From assembly GCA_040393965.1 (NCBI GenBank), contig JBEBTD010000001.1, positions 1-49,884 on the forward strand: a DNA stretch of 49,884 nt. Reading direction: 5' to 3'. Each line of letters opens with the position of its first letter. Position 1 is the first letter of the stretch. Position numbers and translations under genes: made by a program. Positions 1-9,810 of this stretch are shown here, piece by piece. The notes beneath the pieces were generated by a model. That model made no database searches. It was not told the DNA's origin and was given only the letters and a program-made list of their open reading frames with translations. Source of the DNA: Leucobacter soli (GTDB taxonomy: Bacteria; Actinomycetota; Actinomycetes; Actinomycetales; Microbacteriaceae).

Positions 1-795
1 CTGATCGAAGCGCTGCGAGATCACGACCTGGAAGATGTCGCCGTCGACGATGTACCGCTTGCTGCGCTCCACGCTCGCGAGGTAGTCGGCCTCATCTGTG
101 AGGCGCGCCGCGTCGGGCAGGGCCTCCCGATCGAGTGCGCCGAGCGGAGAGGCCGCGGGGGCGGCGAGCGCCCGCTGCATGGCGTCGAGACGCGCCTGCG
201 CATCGGCCCACTGCTCCTCTGCGTCGCCCGCGGCGCCGTCGTTCAGAACGTTCGCGAGCAGCACGACGCTGCCCTCGCGGTGATCGATCACGACGAGCTC
301 GCTCACGAAGCTGAGCCCCTGGCTCGGCAGATCAGGCCCCTCAACGGGGCCGTCGGGCAGCCGCTCGAACTGACGCACCGTCTCCCAGCCCAGATAGCCG
401 ACGAAACCGCTCGCCAGCGGCGGCAGCTCGGGCGTGGGCGCCTGCCTCCAGCGCTCGTACGCGGCCCGTAGCGCCTCGGCGGGCGCCAACCCCTCGACGC
501 CCCCCGGCAGCAGCCGGTGCTGATCGACGCCGCGGCCCTCGTCCGGAACCCAATGCGCACGCCCGTCCCGCTCGGTGAGCACTCCGAAGCTGCCGGCTCC
601 GACGAAGCTGAAGCGCGTCCACACGCCTCCCTGCTCGGCGCTCTCGAGCAGGAAGGTGCCCGGACGGTTCGCGGCGACCTTGCGATAGATGCTCACCGGG
701 GTGTCGGCATCGGCGAACACCTCGCGGCAGACGGGGACGACGGTATGGGTCGAACGGGCCGCGTCGAAGGCGGCGCGCGTGGTGGTGAGGCTCAC
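1..795 (-). CDS. trpE: anthranilate synthase component I (5' part, runs off window)
   Basis: Manual translation from GTG at 795: MSLTTTRAAFDAARSTHTVVPVCREVFADADTPVSIYRK...GTFLLESAEQGGVWTRFSFVG, a typical TrpE N-terminus; follows hisI. Confidence 0.9.
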   Translation of the reverse strand, partial: MSLTTTRAAFDAARSTHTVVPVCREVFADADTPVSIYRKVAANRPGTFLLESAEQGGVWTRFSFVGAGSFGVLTERDGRAHWVPDEGRGVDQHRLLPGGVEGLAPAEALRAAYERWRQAPTPELPPLASGFVGYLGWETVRQFERLPDGPVEGPDLPSQGLSFVSELVVIDHREGSVVLLANVLNDGAAGDAEEQWADAQARLDAMQRALAAPAASPLGALDREALPDAARLTDEADYLASVERSKRYIVDGDIFQVVISQRFDQ

Positions 796-804
796 CCCAC
801 CACT

Positions 805-1209
805 TTAGCGGTCGGCGATCCCGGGCACGCCCTGCTCGGCGGGCAGCTCCCTGCCGTCGAAGCAGGTGCGGCTGCCCGTGTGGCAGGCGGCGCCCAGCTG
901 AACGACGCGCACGAGCAGCGTGTCGCCGTCGCAATCGGCGGCGACGCTGCGCACGTACTGACGATGGCCCGAGGTGTCGCCCTTGCGCCAGTACTCCTGG
1001 CGCGAACGCGACCAGAAGGTCACCCGGCCGTTCGCGAGCGTGCGCCGCACCGCTTCACGATCCATCCAGGCGAGCATGAGCACGTCGCCGTTCTCGTCGT
1101 CCTGGATGATCGCGGGCAGCAGCCCATCCGCGCCGAACACGAGGGAATCGAGGATCGCGCGATCCTCGACCCGGAACCCGGCTCCGTCGCCGACCCCTTC
1201 CGCGCTCAC
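805..1209 (-). CDS. hisI: phosphoribosyl-AMP cyclohydrolase
   Basis: Motifs [44 protein letters not shown]; GTG start overlaps hisF stop. Confidence 0.95.
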   Translation of the reverse strand: MSAEGVGDGAGFRVEDRAILDSLVFGADGLLPAIIQDDENGDVLMLAWMDREAVRRTLANGRVTFWSRSRQEYWRKGDTSGHRQYVRSVAADCDGDTLLVRVVQLGAACHTGSRTCFDGRELPAEQGVPGIADR

Positions 1210-1970
1210 AGCCGCACCTCGTAGCCCGCATCGGCGATCGCGCGTTTGACCTCGCCCACGGTGAAGACGCCGTCGTGGAAGACGGAGGCCGCGAGCACGG
1301 CGTCCGCGCCCGCCTCGACCGCCGGCGCGAAGTGCTCGAGGGCGCCCGCGCCTCCCGAGGCGATGAGCGGAATGTCGGCGATCGCGCGCACCTCCCGCGT
1401 CAGCTCGAGATCGAAGCCCGCGAGGGTGCCGTCGGCATCCATGCTGTTCACGAGCAGCTCGCCCGCGCCGCGGTCGACCGCCTCCCTGCACCAGGCGAGG
1501 GCATCGAGATCGGTCTCCTTCTTGCCGCCGTGCGTCGTGACGACGAAACCGCTCGGCATCCGCTCGCTGCGCCTCACGTCGAGCGAGAGCACGAGCACCT
1601 GCGAGCCGAAGCGCGCCGCGATCTCGCCGATCACCTCGGGGCGGGCGATCGCGCCGCTGTTGATACCCACCTTGTCCGCACCGACGGAGAGCAGCCTGGC
1701 CACATCGTCGGCGCTCCGCACGCCGCCGCCGACCGTGAGCGGGATGAAGACCTGCTCGGCCGTTCGCTGCACGACGTCGTAGGTCGTCGAGCGATCGTCC
1801 ACCGTAGCGGTGACGTCGAGGAACGTCAGCTCGTCCGCGCCCTGCTCGGCGTAGCGGGCGGCGAGCTCGACGGGATCGCCCGCATCGCGCAGGTTCAGGA
1901 AGTTCACGCCCTTGACGACGCGGCCGGCGGCCACGTCGAGGCAGGGGATCACACGAGTCGCGACAGCCAT
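1206..1970 (-). CDS. hisF: imidazole glycerol phosphate synthase cyclase subunit
   Basis: RVIPCLDV...[23 protein letters not shown]; ATG at 1970. Confidence 0.96.
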   Translation of the reverse strand: MAVATRVIPCLDVAAGRVVKGVNFLNLRDAGDPVELAARYAEQGADELTFLDVTATVDDRSTTYDVVQRTAEQVFIPLTVGGGVRSADDVARLLSVGADKVGINSGAIARPEVIGEIAARFGSQVLVLSLDVRRSERMPSGFVVTTHGGKKETDLDALAWCREAVDRGAGELLVNSMDADGTLAGFDLELTREVRAIADIPLIASGGAGALEHFAPAVEAGADAVLAASVFHDGVFTVGEVKRAIADAGYEVRL

Positions 1971-1980
1971 TCGAAGCCCC

Positions 1981-2823
1981 CTAGAAGCGCGCGGCGTGCA
2001 CCTGCGTGACGAAGATGCCCTTCGCCCCGACGTCCTGCAGCCGATCCATGACATGGTTGGCGTCGTCACGGCGCACCATCACGCGCACGGCGACCCAGCC
2101 CTCCTTGTTGAGCGGTGAGACCGTCGGCGACTCGATGCCGCTCGCGATCGCGCTGGCCTCCTCGAGCCGCTCGATGGGCAGATCGTACTCGAGGATGGCG
2201 TACTTGCGAGCGACGAGCACGCCCTGCAGCCGGCGCAGCAGCCGCCCGACCTCGGTGTGCTCGCTCGGCCCGCCGATCAGCAGTGCGGTCGACTCGAGGA
2301 TGACCGGCCCGAAGATCTCGAGGCCGGCGGCCCGGAGGGTCGCACCCGTCGAGACGACGTCGGCGACCGCATCGGCCACGCCGAGCTCCACCGCCGACTC
2401 CACGGCGCCGTCGAGCTTCACCGTCTCCGCCTCCACACCGCGCTCCCGCAGGAAGTCGTCGACGAGCTTGGGGTAGCTCGTGGCCACGCGCTTACCGGCC
2501 AGATGCGCGATCTCGGAGATCTCGCCCTCGGCGGGCGCCGCGAAGCGGAACGTCGAATCGGCGAAGTCGAGCTCGGCGATCTCGTACGCGCCCGAACCGG
2601 AGTCGAGCAGCAGATCCCGCCCCGTGATGCCGACGTCGAGGGCCCCCGAGCCCACATAGGTCGCGATGTCGCGGGGACGGAGGTAGAAGAACTCGACATC
2701 GTTGCGCTCGTCGCGATGCACCAGCTTCCGGCTGTCGCGGCGGCCGCTGTAGCCGGCCTCGGCAAGCATCTCGGCGGCGATCTCGGAGAGCGAACCCTTG
2801 TTGGGGACTGCGACGCGCAGCAT
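1981..2823 (-). CDS. hisG: ATP phosphoribosyltransferase (long form)
   Basis: [41 protein letters not shown]. Confidence 0.96.
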   Translation of the reverse strand: MLRVAVPNKGSLSEIAAEMLAEAGYSGRRDSRKLVHRDERNDVEFFYLRPRDIATYVGSGALDVGITGRDLLLDSGSGAYEIAELDFADSTFRFAAPAEGEISEIAHLAGKRVATSYPKLVDDFLRERGVEAETVKLDGAVESAVELGVADAVADVVSTGATLRAAGLEIFGPVILESTALLIGGPSEHTEVGRLLRRLQGVLVARKYAILEYDLPIERLEEASAIASGIESPTVSPLNKEGWVAVRVMVRRDDANHVMDRLQDVGAKGIFVTQVHAARF

Positions 2824-2845
2824 GCGGTGATCCTTCGGTAGAGGC

Positions 2846-3109
2846 TTAGAGGTAGCGGTAGACGTCTTCGAGCTTGAGGCCCTTGGCCAGCATCAGCACC
2901 TGCAGATGGTAGAGCAGCTGGCTGATCTCCTCGGCACAGGCGTCATCGCTCTCGTGCTCCGCGGCCATCCACACCTCGGCGGCCTCCTCGACGATCTTCT
3001 TGCCGATGCTGTGCACGCCGGCATCGAGCCTCGCCACCGTGTCGCTGCCCGCCGGGCGCTGCTCGGCCTTGTCGCTGAGCTCAGCGAACAGATCGTCGAA
3101 TGTCTTCAC
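2846..3109 (-). CDS. hisE: phosphoribosyl-ATP diphosphatase
   Basis: [34 protein letters not shown]; GTG start chosen at 3109. Confidence 0.95.
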   Translation of the reverse strand: MKTFDDLFAELSDKAEQRPAGSDTVARLDAGVHSIGKKIVEEAAEVWMAAEHESDDACAEEISQLLYHLQVLMLAKGLKLEDVYRYL

Positions 3110-3142
3110 GTTGATCAATCGTATCGGTAATCGGGAGCGGGC

Positions 3143-3805
3143 TCAGTGCGCGTGCGCCGCCGCGGCACGCCGGAGCTCGGCGATTCGATCCTCCGGCACC
3201 CCACCGTACACGGCGGATCCGGCGACGAAGGTGTCGGCACCCGCCTCCGCGGCGATGCCGATCGTGTCCACCGTGATGCCGCCGTCGACCTGCAGCCACA
3301 CGTCGAGCCCCGACTTCGCCCGCGCCTCCGCGAAGCGGCGCAGCTTCGGCATCATGTCGTGCATGAACTTCTGACCGCCGAAGCCGGGCTCGACCGTCAT
3401 CACGAGCACCTGGTCGAACTCGGGCAGCAGTTCCAGGTACGGCTCCGGATCGGTGCCGGGCTTGAGCGCGATGCCCGCGCGAGCGCCCATGGCGCGCAGC
3501 CGTCGCGCGAGCGCGACGGGATCCTCGCTCGCCTCGACGTGGAACGTCACCGAGTAGGCACCGATCTCGGCGTAGACGGGCGCCCAGCGATCCGCCTCCT
3601 CGATCATGAGATGCATGTCTAGCGGCACCGGCGAGACCGCCTGGATGCGCTCGACGATGGGCGGGCCCATGGTGAGGTTAGGCACGAAGTGATTGTCCAT
3701 GACATCCACGTGCACGAGGTCCGCGCTGGCGATGCGCTCGAGCTCGCTCTGCAGGTTGACGAAGTCGGCGGACAGGATGCTCGGGTTGATGCGCTGCGCG
3801 GTCAC
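3143..3805 (-). CDS. rpe: ribulose-phosphate 3-epimerase
   Basis: [37 protein letters not shown]. Confidence 0.97.
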   Translation of the reverse strand: MTAQRINPSILSADFVNLQSELERIASADLVHVDVMDNHFVPNLTMGPPIVERIQAVSPVPLDMHLMIEEADRWAPVYAEIGAYSVTFHVEASEDPVALARRLRAMGARAGIALKPGTDPEPYLELLPEFDQVLVMTVEPGFGGQKFMHDMMPKLRRFAEARAKSGLDVWLQVDGGITVDTIGIAAEAGADTFVAGSAVYGGVPEDRIAELRRAAAAHAH

Positions 3806-3814
3806 CGCTCCAGT

Positions 3815-5266
3815 CTACCGATCCGACTCGGCGGTTCCCGTCGCCGGGGTGCCGCGCTCCTCCGCCGGGACGTTCTCCGGCCCAGCGGCGTTCTCCGGCC
3901 CACCGTCGTTCTCCGCAGCCGGAGCAGCCGCGGGCGTCGCATTCGCGAAAGAGCGGACGAGCGTGCGATACGTCGGAGTCGCGAGGGCCAGCAGAGCGAT
4001 GATCGTGGTCAGGATGCCCGCCCAGAGGAAGATCAGCGCGATGCCGCGACTCTCCCCTTCGCCGAGCAGCCATCCCCACCGCGCGGCGCCGGCATCCGTG
4101 TCCATGTACGGCACGATCCAGAACTCGGCGATGGGGGCGATCAGGAACGAGGTGATCGGCGCCGCCGCCGCCTCGAAGGTCATCGCGAGGCCGAAGACGC
4201 GCCCCTGCTTCTCGAACGGCACCACCTTCTGGATCACCGTCTGCTCGGCGGCCTCGATGGCGGGCATCATGAGCATGAAGACCCAGATGCCCGCGACGAA
4301 GAGCCACGGCCACTCGCGCAGGCAGAGCACGGCGCCCACGATGCCGAGCGCGCCGACGAGCAGCAGCATCGTGCGGACCGGGTTCGACCCGAGGCCGAAC
4401 TTCGCGACGAGCGCGCCGCCGACGAGAAAGCCGGTGCCCGCCACGCCGAAGACGGTGCCCCATATCTCGACCGAGAACATGTTCAGGCCGTAGGGGTCGA
4501 GCAGCGCCATGTAGACGCCGCTCGAGAGGTTGTTGAACGTTGTGAAGAGCACGAGGCCGATCAGGCCGGGCACGGCGAGCATGGCCGCCCATCCGCCCTT
4601 GAAGTCGACGGCGCTGCGGCTCGGGTCGTGCACGATCTCGGGCTCGGGAATGCGCAACAGATGCAGATGCACGATGGGCAGCGCGGTCAGGGCGAGCGCG
4701 ATGAGCATGGTCGCCCCCATGCCGAAGAAGCCGATCGAGATGCCGCTGAACACGCTCGTGACGATGAACGAGATCCCCTGCACGGTACCGACGAGGCCGT
4801 TCGCGTTCGCGTGCCGCTCCACCGGGACGAGCAGCGTCACCGTCGTCGACAGGGCGAGAGAGCGGATCAGCTCGACCACGCAGCCGGCGAGGAGCACGAG
4901 GATGAAGACCCAGAACCAGGGCCGCCCGAGGTCGAGCAGCGTCTCGCCTGGCAGTAGGAAGAAGATCGCGCAGCTGACCGCGAAGGCGATGAGCGAGAAC
5001 CAGGCCGACACGAGCATCACGCGATGCTTTCGGTAGCGGTCGACGAGCGATCCGAACCACATCGAGCAGGCGGCGAGCAGGATCATGTATGCGCCGCTCA
5101 GCACTCCGACCGCGAGAATGCTCCTCGTCTCGAGGTAGATCCAGAAGATCACCGCGAACCACAGGAAGTTCGTGGTGAGCCCTGCGACCGCGGTGTTGAC
5201 GAGCACGTGCAGGAACGTGCGCCATCCGCGGGCTTGACCCGCTGCCGTGCTCGTCTCGATGCTCAC
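3815..5266 (-). CDS. MFS transporter (macrolide efflux/DHA3-like)
   Basis: About 12 hydrophobic segments, MFS motif A-like GSLVDRYRKHRVM, QGRVFG in the C-terminal half. Confidence 0.85.
   Translation of the reverse strand: MSIETSTAAGQARGWRTFLHVLVNTAVAGLTTNFLWFAVIFWIYLETRSILAVGVLSGAYMILLAACSMWFGSLVDRYRKHRVMLVSAWFSLIAFAVSCAIFFLLPGETLLDLGRPWFWVFILVLLAGCVVELIRSLALSTTVTLLVPVERHANANGLVGTVQGISFIVTSVFSGISIGFFGMGATMLIALALTALPIVHLHLLRIPEPEIVHDPSRSAVDFKGGWAAMLAVPGLIGLVLFTTFNNLSSGVYMALLDPYGLNMFSVEIWGTVFGVAGTGFLVGGALVAKFGLGSNPVRTMLLLVGALGIVGAVLCLREWPWLFVAGIWVFMLMMPAIEAAEQTVIQKVVPFEKQGRVFGLAMTFEAAAAPITSFLIAPIAEFWIVPYMDTDAGAARWGWLLGEGESRGIALIFLWAGILTTIIALLALATPTYRTLVRSFANATPAAAPAAENDGGPENAAGPENVPAEERGTPATGTAESDR
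3871..3915. repeat. 18-bp in-frame tandem repeat (2.5 copies) in MFS C-terminal tail
   Basis: cgttctccggcccagcgg / cgttctccggcccaccgt / cgttctccg, encoding AENDGG-PENAAG-PENV. Confidence 0.75.
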
Positions 5267-5301
5267 CGGGCAAGACTACCTCCCCCGCCCGCCATCCTCC
5301 A

Positions 5302-5361
5302 GAATCGGCGAAAGTACGTCCGCTGAAAACGGCCCGATGAGCGGATCGACCTTCGCCGATT
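5302..5361. repeat. 60-bp palindromic (REP-like) repeat, copy 1
   Basis: gaatcggcgaaagtacgtccgctgaaaacggcccgatgagcggatcgaccttcgccgatt; outer stem aatcggcgaa/ttcgccgatt, inner stem tccgct/agcgga; 51/60 identical to 6423-6482. Confidence 0.9.
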
Positions 5362-6300
5362 TCACATGGATCGCAGTTCGGCCTCGGCCTTCGCGATGGC
5401 CTTGGCGAGACGCGCGAGAAAGAGGCCCGAATCGCGCAGGTCGATCGAGGTCGCCCGGAGCACCCGCCACTCCGCGTCGATCATGGCCTCGATGCGGCTG
5501 TTGTCGAGACGCGCCTGTCTGGATCCGCCTTCGAAGTGATACTCCCCGTCGAACTCGATCGCGATCCGCCATCTCGGATATCCCAGATCGGCGTAGAGAC
5601 TGCGCCCGCGCACCGGTACCGGGCAGGAGGTCTGCGGCTCCTCGAAACCGGCCCGGACGATGACGAGCCGCAAGAGGCTCTCCGCCGGCGACTCCACGCC
5701 CGTGCGCAGCATCGGCAGCGCCTCTCTGAGCTTCGCGATGCCGACGGAGCCACGGAATCGCCTCACCGTCTCCTCCAGTTCGGCCGGGTCGCAGAGCGCG
5801 GGCTCGCGGCGGGAGCGCCCCGAGATGAGATGATCGCCCACCATGACGAGCTCCTCGAGACCGCTCACTCCCGCGAGCAGGCCCCAGACATCGGCGGGGT
5901 GCGGCAGCCATAGCGGGCCGATGGCATCGCGTCGCAACATCCCAGTCCGAATCTGGTGCCCCGAGATCTCGTCTCGACGTGGGGCCTTGTCGGGCCTGAT
6001 GGCCCCGACCTCGATCGGGTACGAGGGTGCCTCGACCCGAGCCATGGTCGGCAGTTCCAGCAGCTGTGCAGCAGTTCGCCGAGACAGGAACTGCCCCGTT
6101 CGAAGAATGGCCCGTGTCGCGGCGATCCTCGATTCGAAGGAAGAAGAGTCGATGCTCGCATCCGCCACCACGCCGCGCAAGGGCCGAGTGGTGTCGCCGG
6201 CGTACAGGCGCCAACGTTTCACGCCCAGCCGTTTCAGCTCGGCGACGGTGACGATTCGGCCGCTGGCCTCGGGGACGACCAATGGTCGGAGTCTGCGCAT
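5362..6300 (-). CDS. AbiEi-like / DUF559 (Vsr-like restriction-endonuclease fold) domain protein
   Basis: N-terminal LSRRTAAQLL; C-terminal ESPAESLLRL...ADLGYPRWRIAIEFDGEYH...DNSRIEAMIDAEWRVLR typical of actinobacterial AbiEi+DUF559 proteins. Confidence 0.8.
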   Translation of the reverse strand: MRRLRPLVVPEASGRIVTVAELKRLGVKRWRLYAGDTTRPLRGVVADASIDSSSFESRIAATRAILRTGQFLSRRTAAQLLELPTMARVEAPSYPIEVGAIRPDKAPRRDEISGHQIRTGMLRRDAIGPLWLPHPADVWGLLAGVSGLEELVMVGDHLISGRSRREPALCDPAELEETVRRFRGSVGIAKLREALPMLRTGVESPAESLLRLVIVRAGFEEPQTSCPVPVRGRSLYADLGYPRWRIAIEFDGEYHFEGGSRQARLDNSRIEAMIDAEWRVLRATSIDLRDSGLFLARLAKAIAKAEAELRSM

Positions 6301-6336
6301 GCGGCAACCCTAGGGATCCGCGAGGCGCCGAAGGCG

Positions 6337-6397
6337 GTTATCCACAGAGGGGCGCACTCCGCCTCCCCACTCGATCGATTCGCCCCTTTGTGGACGA
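6337..6397. promoter_or_regulatory. inverted pair of DnaA-box-like motifs upstream of DUF559 gene
   Basis: GTTATCCACAG at 6337-6347 (contains perfect TTATCCACA) and TGTGGACGA at 6389-6397 (reverse complement TCGTCCACA). Confidence 0.5.
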
Positions 6398-6422
6398 CGA
6401 TTGCACCCGATGTTCGGCCGCG

Positions 6423-6482
6423 GAATCGGCGAAACTCAGTCCGCTGAAAACGGCTTCATAAGCGGATCGGCTTTCGCCGATT
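6423..6482. repeat. 60-bp palindromic (REP-like) repeat, copy 2
   Basis: gaatcggcgaaactcagtccgctgaaaacggcttcataagcggatcggctttcgccgatt; same orientation as copy 1. Confidence 0.9.
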
Positions 6483-6484
6483 CT

Positions 6485-6562
6485 GGGTGGGGCGGGCAGG
6501 GGGTAGGTAGGGGGTGGGGGTAGGGGAAGGCAGGGCAGGGGGCGGGCAGGGCAGGGGCGAGG
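6485..6562 (+). other. G-rich low-complexity tract, potential G-quadruplex
   Basis: gggtggggcgggcagggggtaggtagggggtgggggtaggggaaggcagggcagggggcgggcagggcagggg: more than 10 runs of >=3 G with mostly short loops. Confidence 0.6.
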
Positions 6563-6572
6563 ATCGCCGAGC

Positions 6573-7688
6573 CTAGTTCGCGATCTCCTGATAGGCGAAC
6601 TGCAGCACCGACTCGTCGACGCCGGCGAGCACGCGCGGCTTCGCGATCTCGTCCAGCACGATGAAGCGCAGCATTCCGGCGCGCGCCTTCTTGTCGCGCT
6701 GCATCGTCGCGAGCAGCCCCGGCCAGCGTCCGGCGGGGTACGAGACTGGCAGCCCCAGCATGCCGAGCACGCGACGGTGCCGGTCGACGACTGCGTCGCT
6801 CAGCTGCCCGGCCATGCGGCCGAGTTCTGCGGCGTAGACCATGCCGATGGAGATCGCGACCCCGTGCCGCCACTGGTAGCGCTCGGCGTGCTCGATCGCG
6901 TGCCCGAGGGTGTGGCCGTAGTTCAAGATCTCCCGCAGCCCGCCCTCGCGGAAGTCCTCGCTCACGACCCGCGCCTTCACACCGATCGCGAGCTCCACGA
7001 GACGGCGGAACTCAGGCGTGGCGGGATCGGTGGCGCGGTCGGCGTCGGCCTCGATCGTGTCGAGGATCTCGGGCTCGGCGATGAAGCCGCACTTCACGAC
7101 CTCGGCGAAGCCGGCGAGGATCTCGTTGCGCGGCAGCGTGTCGAGCAGTGCCAGATCGCAGATCACGGCGTGCGGGGCGTAGAAGCATCCGACGAGGTTC
7201 TTGCCCTCCGCCGTGTTGATGCCGGTCTTGCCCCCGACCGACGCATCCACCATGCCGAGCACGGTGGTCGGGATCTGGACGAGTCGCACGCCGCGCAGCC
7301 AGGTGGCGGCCACGAAGCCCGCCAGGTCGGTCACAGCTCCCCCGCCGAGGCCGATCACGGCGTCGCTGCGGGTGAAGTCGGCCTGGCCCATGATCTGCCA
7401 GCAGAACGCGGCGACCTCGACGCGTTTGGCGGCCTCGGCATCGGGCACCTCGGCGAGCAGCACCTGCCCGAAGCGCTGCTGCAGCCTGCCGCGCAGCTCG
7501 TCGGCGATACGCCCGACCGTGGGCGTGTGCACGATCAGCACCTTGTTGACACGGTCGCCGAGCGCATCGGCCACCCGATCCGTGAGCCCGCGCCCGACCG
7601 TGACCTCGTACTCGTTCTCGCCGCTCACGGCGATGCTCGTCACCTCTTCGCCCGCGCCCTGCTGCTCCGTGCTCGCCGTCTCGCTCAT
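6573..7688 (-). CDS. aroB: 3-dehydroquinate synthase
   Basis: GGGAVTDLAGFVAATWLRG, PTTVLGMVDASVGGKTGIN, LNYGHTLGHAIE. Confidence 0.97.
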   Translation of the reverse strand: MSETASTEQQGAGEEVTSIAVSGENEYEVTVGRGLTDRVADALGDRVNKVLIVHTPTVGRIADELRGRLQQRFGQVLLAEVPDAEAAKRVEVAAFCWQIMGQADFTRSDAVIGLGGGAVTDLAGFVAATWLRGVRLVQIPTTVLGMVDASVGGKTGINTAEGKNLVGCFYAPHAVICDLALLDTLPRNEILAGFAEVVKCGFIAEPEILDTIEADADRATDPATPEFRRLVELAIGVKARVVSEDFREGGLREILNYGHTLGHAIEHAERYQWRHGVAISIGMVYAAELGRMAGQLSDAVVDRHRRVLGMLGLPVSYPAGRWPGLLATMQRDKKARAGMLRFIVLDEIAKPRVLAGVDESVLQFAYQEIAN

Positions 7689-7695
7689 TCCTCGT

Positions 7696-8493
7696 TCACT
7701 CTCCCGTTTCAGATGTCTGCTCAGGTGTCTGCTCGCCGGTCGTCCGGGCCGCCCCGCTCCGCTCCCTCGCCTCGGCCTGCGCCTTCGCGGCGGCTCGCCT
7801 CGCCTCGCGGCGACCGCGAGCCCTTGCCCACTCGATCACCCGGCGGGAGAGCTGCTCCTTCGTCGCACGGTCGGTTCGGAAGGTGACGTCGGCGACCTCC
7901 TCGTACAGCGGCCGGCGCACCTCGAGGATGCGGCCCCACGCCTCGGGATCGTCGCGCAGCAGCGGACGGCGCGAGAGATTCGCGGTGCGCAGCACGGCGG
8001 CCTGCGTCGTCATGAGCAGCACGACCGGGAAGCCCCGCAGCAGTTCGCGCGTCGAGTCGGTGAGCACCGCGCCGCCGCCGAGCGCGACGATGCGCAGCCC
8101 CGGCTCGGCGAGCTGCTCGGCGATGATCTCGGCTTCGATCCGGCGGAACTCCGCCTCTCCCTGCTTCTCGAAGAACTCGGTGATGACGCCGTGGCGCCCC
8201 TGGAACACGGCGTCCGTGTCGACGAACGGCACGCCGAGCTCCTTCGCCACACGGCGGCCCAGGCTCGTCTTGCCCGCGGCCATGGGGCCGACGAACACGA
8301 TCGGGCGCTCCGGCAGACGGCCCCGGCCTCGACGGCGACGCCGCCGCCCCCGTTTCGGGGCGGTGCTCTCGCCCTCGTGCCCCGCCTCGCCCGCATCTGC
8401 CCGCGCCGCCCCTCCCACGACCGGGATCGGCTGGGTCAGGGGGTGCTTCGGCGGAGCCGGCACCGGATGCCGGGGGCTGGCCTCGTCGTTCAC
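7696..8493 (-). CDS. aroK: shikimate kinase with N- and C-terminal extensions
   Basis: P-loop [32 protein letters not shown]; GTG overlaps aroC stop. Confidence 0.9.
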   Translation of the reverse strand: MNDEASPRHPVPAPPKHPLTQPIPVVGGAARADAGEAGHEGESTAPKRGRRRRRRGRGRLPERPIVFVGPMAAGKTSLGRRVAKELGVPFVDTDAVFQGRHGVITEFFEKQGEAEFRRIEAEIIAEQLAEPGLRIVALGGGAVLTDSTRELLRGFPVVLLMTTQAAVLRTANLSRRPLLRDDPEAWGRILEVRRPLYEEVADVTFRTDRATKEQLSRRVIEWARARGRREARRAAAKAQAEARERSGAARTTGEQTPEQTSETGE

Positions 8494-9686
8494 GAGTCGA
8501 TGGCGGTCTGCAGCGAATCCGGGATGGCCGCGAGGTAGCCCTCGAGATTGCGACGGGTCTCGGCGACGCTGTCGCCGCCGAACTTCTCGGCGACCGCGTC
8601 GGCGAGCACGAGCGCGACCATCGCCTCGGCGACGACTCCCGCGGCGGGGACGGCCGAGACGTCGCTGCGCTGGTGGTGCGCCTTGGCCTGCTCACCGAGA
8701 GCGACGTCGACGGTCGGCAGCGCGTTCGGCACGGTCGCGATGGGCTTCATGCCGGCGCGCACCCGCAGCACTTGACCGGTCGTCATGCCGCCCTCGATAC
8801 CTCCGGCGCGCACGGTGTCGCGTTCGATGCGGCCGTCGCGAAGATGCAGCGAGTCGTGCGCCTCCGAGCCGCGGCGGCGGGTGGTCTCGAAGCCGTCGCC
8901 GACCTCGACGGCCTTGATCGCCTGGATGCCCATGATCGCGCCGGCGAGGCGCGAGTCGAGACGGCGATCCCAGTGCACGTAGGAGCCGAGCCCAGGCGGG
9001 AGGCCGTAGGCGAGCACCTCGACGATGCCGCCGATGGTGTCGCCCGACTTCTTGGTGTCCTCGACCTCGGCGACCATGCGCTCGCTCGTCTCGCGATCGA
9101 AGCAGCGCAGCGGATCGGCGTCGAGGGTCTCGACGTCTTCGGGGCGCGGCAGCGGCGAGCCCGCCGGAACCTGGACGGGGCCGATCGACAGCGTGTGGCT
9201 CACGAGGCGGATGCCGAGCTCCGCGAGGAAGGCCTTGGCGACGGCGCCGAGCGCGACGCGTGCGGCCGTCTCGCGGGCGCTGGCGCGCTCGAGCACGGGG
9301 CGCGCTTCGTCGAAGCCGTACTTCTGCATGCCGGCGAGGTCGGCGTGACCGGGACGGGGGCGGGTGAGCGCGGCGCCGCGGCCGCGCGAGCGCTCGCTCA
9401 GCTCGGTCGGCTCGGGGTTCATGACCTCGACCCACTTCGGCCACTCCGTGTTGCCGATGCGGATCGCCACGGGGCCGCCGATTGTGCGGCCCTGCACGAC
9501 GCCGCCCGAGAAGTGCAGTTCGTCCTGCTCGAACTTCATGCGCGAGCCGCGCCCGTAGCCGAGCTTGCGACGTGCCAGATCTTCCCGCACCGCATCGAGC
9601 GAGAGCGGCACGCCGGCGGGCATGCCCTCGAGCACGGCGATTAGTTCGGGCCCGTGGGATTCACCCGCGGTCAGCCAACGCAGCAT
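8490..9686 (-). CDS. aroC: chorismate synthase
   Basis: [36 protein letters not shown]. Confidence 0.98.
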   Translation of the reverse strand: MLRWLTAGESHGPELIAVLEGMPAGVPLSLDAVREDLARRKLGYGRGSRMKFEQDELHFSGGVVQGRTIGGPVAIRIGNTEWPKWVEVMNPEPTELSERSRGRGAALTRPRPGHADLAGMQKYGFDEARPVLERASARETAARVALGAVAKAFLAELGIRLVSHTLSIGPVQVPAGSPLPRPEDVETLDADPLRCFDRETSERMVAEVEDTKKSGDTIGGIVEVLAYGLPPGLGSYVHWDRRLDSRLAGAIMGIQAIKAVEVGDGFETTRRRGSEAHDSLHLRDGRIERDTVRAGGIEGGMTTGQVLRVRAGMKPIATVPNALPTVDVALGEQAKAHHQRSDVSAVPAAGVVAEAMVALVLADAVAEKFGGDSVAETRRNLEGYLAAIPDSLQTAIDS

Positions 9687-9810
9687 ATGAAAACAACCTT
9701 CCGCACAGTCCGGCTAGCGGGCAGTGAGAGCCCCTGCGCTGCCGACGAGGCCGGGCCCGGGGACGGGATCGGCGCTTCGACTCCGACGCGCAGCCGATGA
9801 AGCATAATCT

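Noticed and set aside
6337-6397. Replication origin from DnaA boxes
   Set aside because: Only one perfect and one degenerate box; no AT-rich unwinding element and no dnaA/dnaN nearby.
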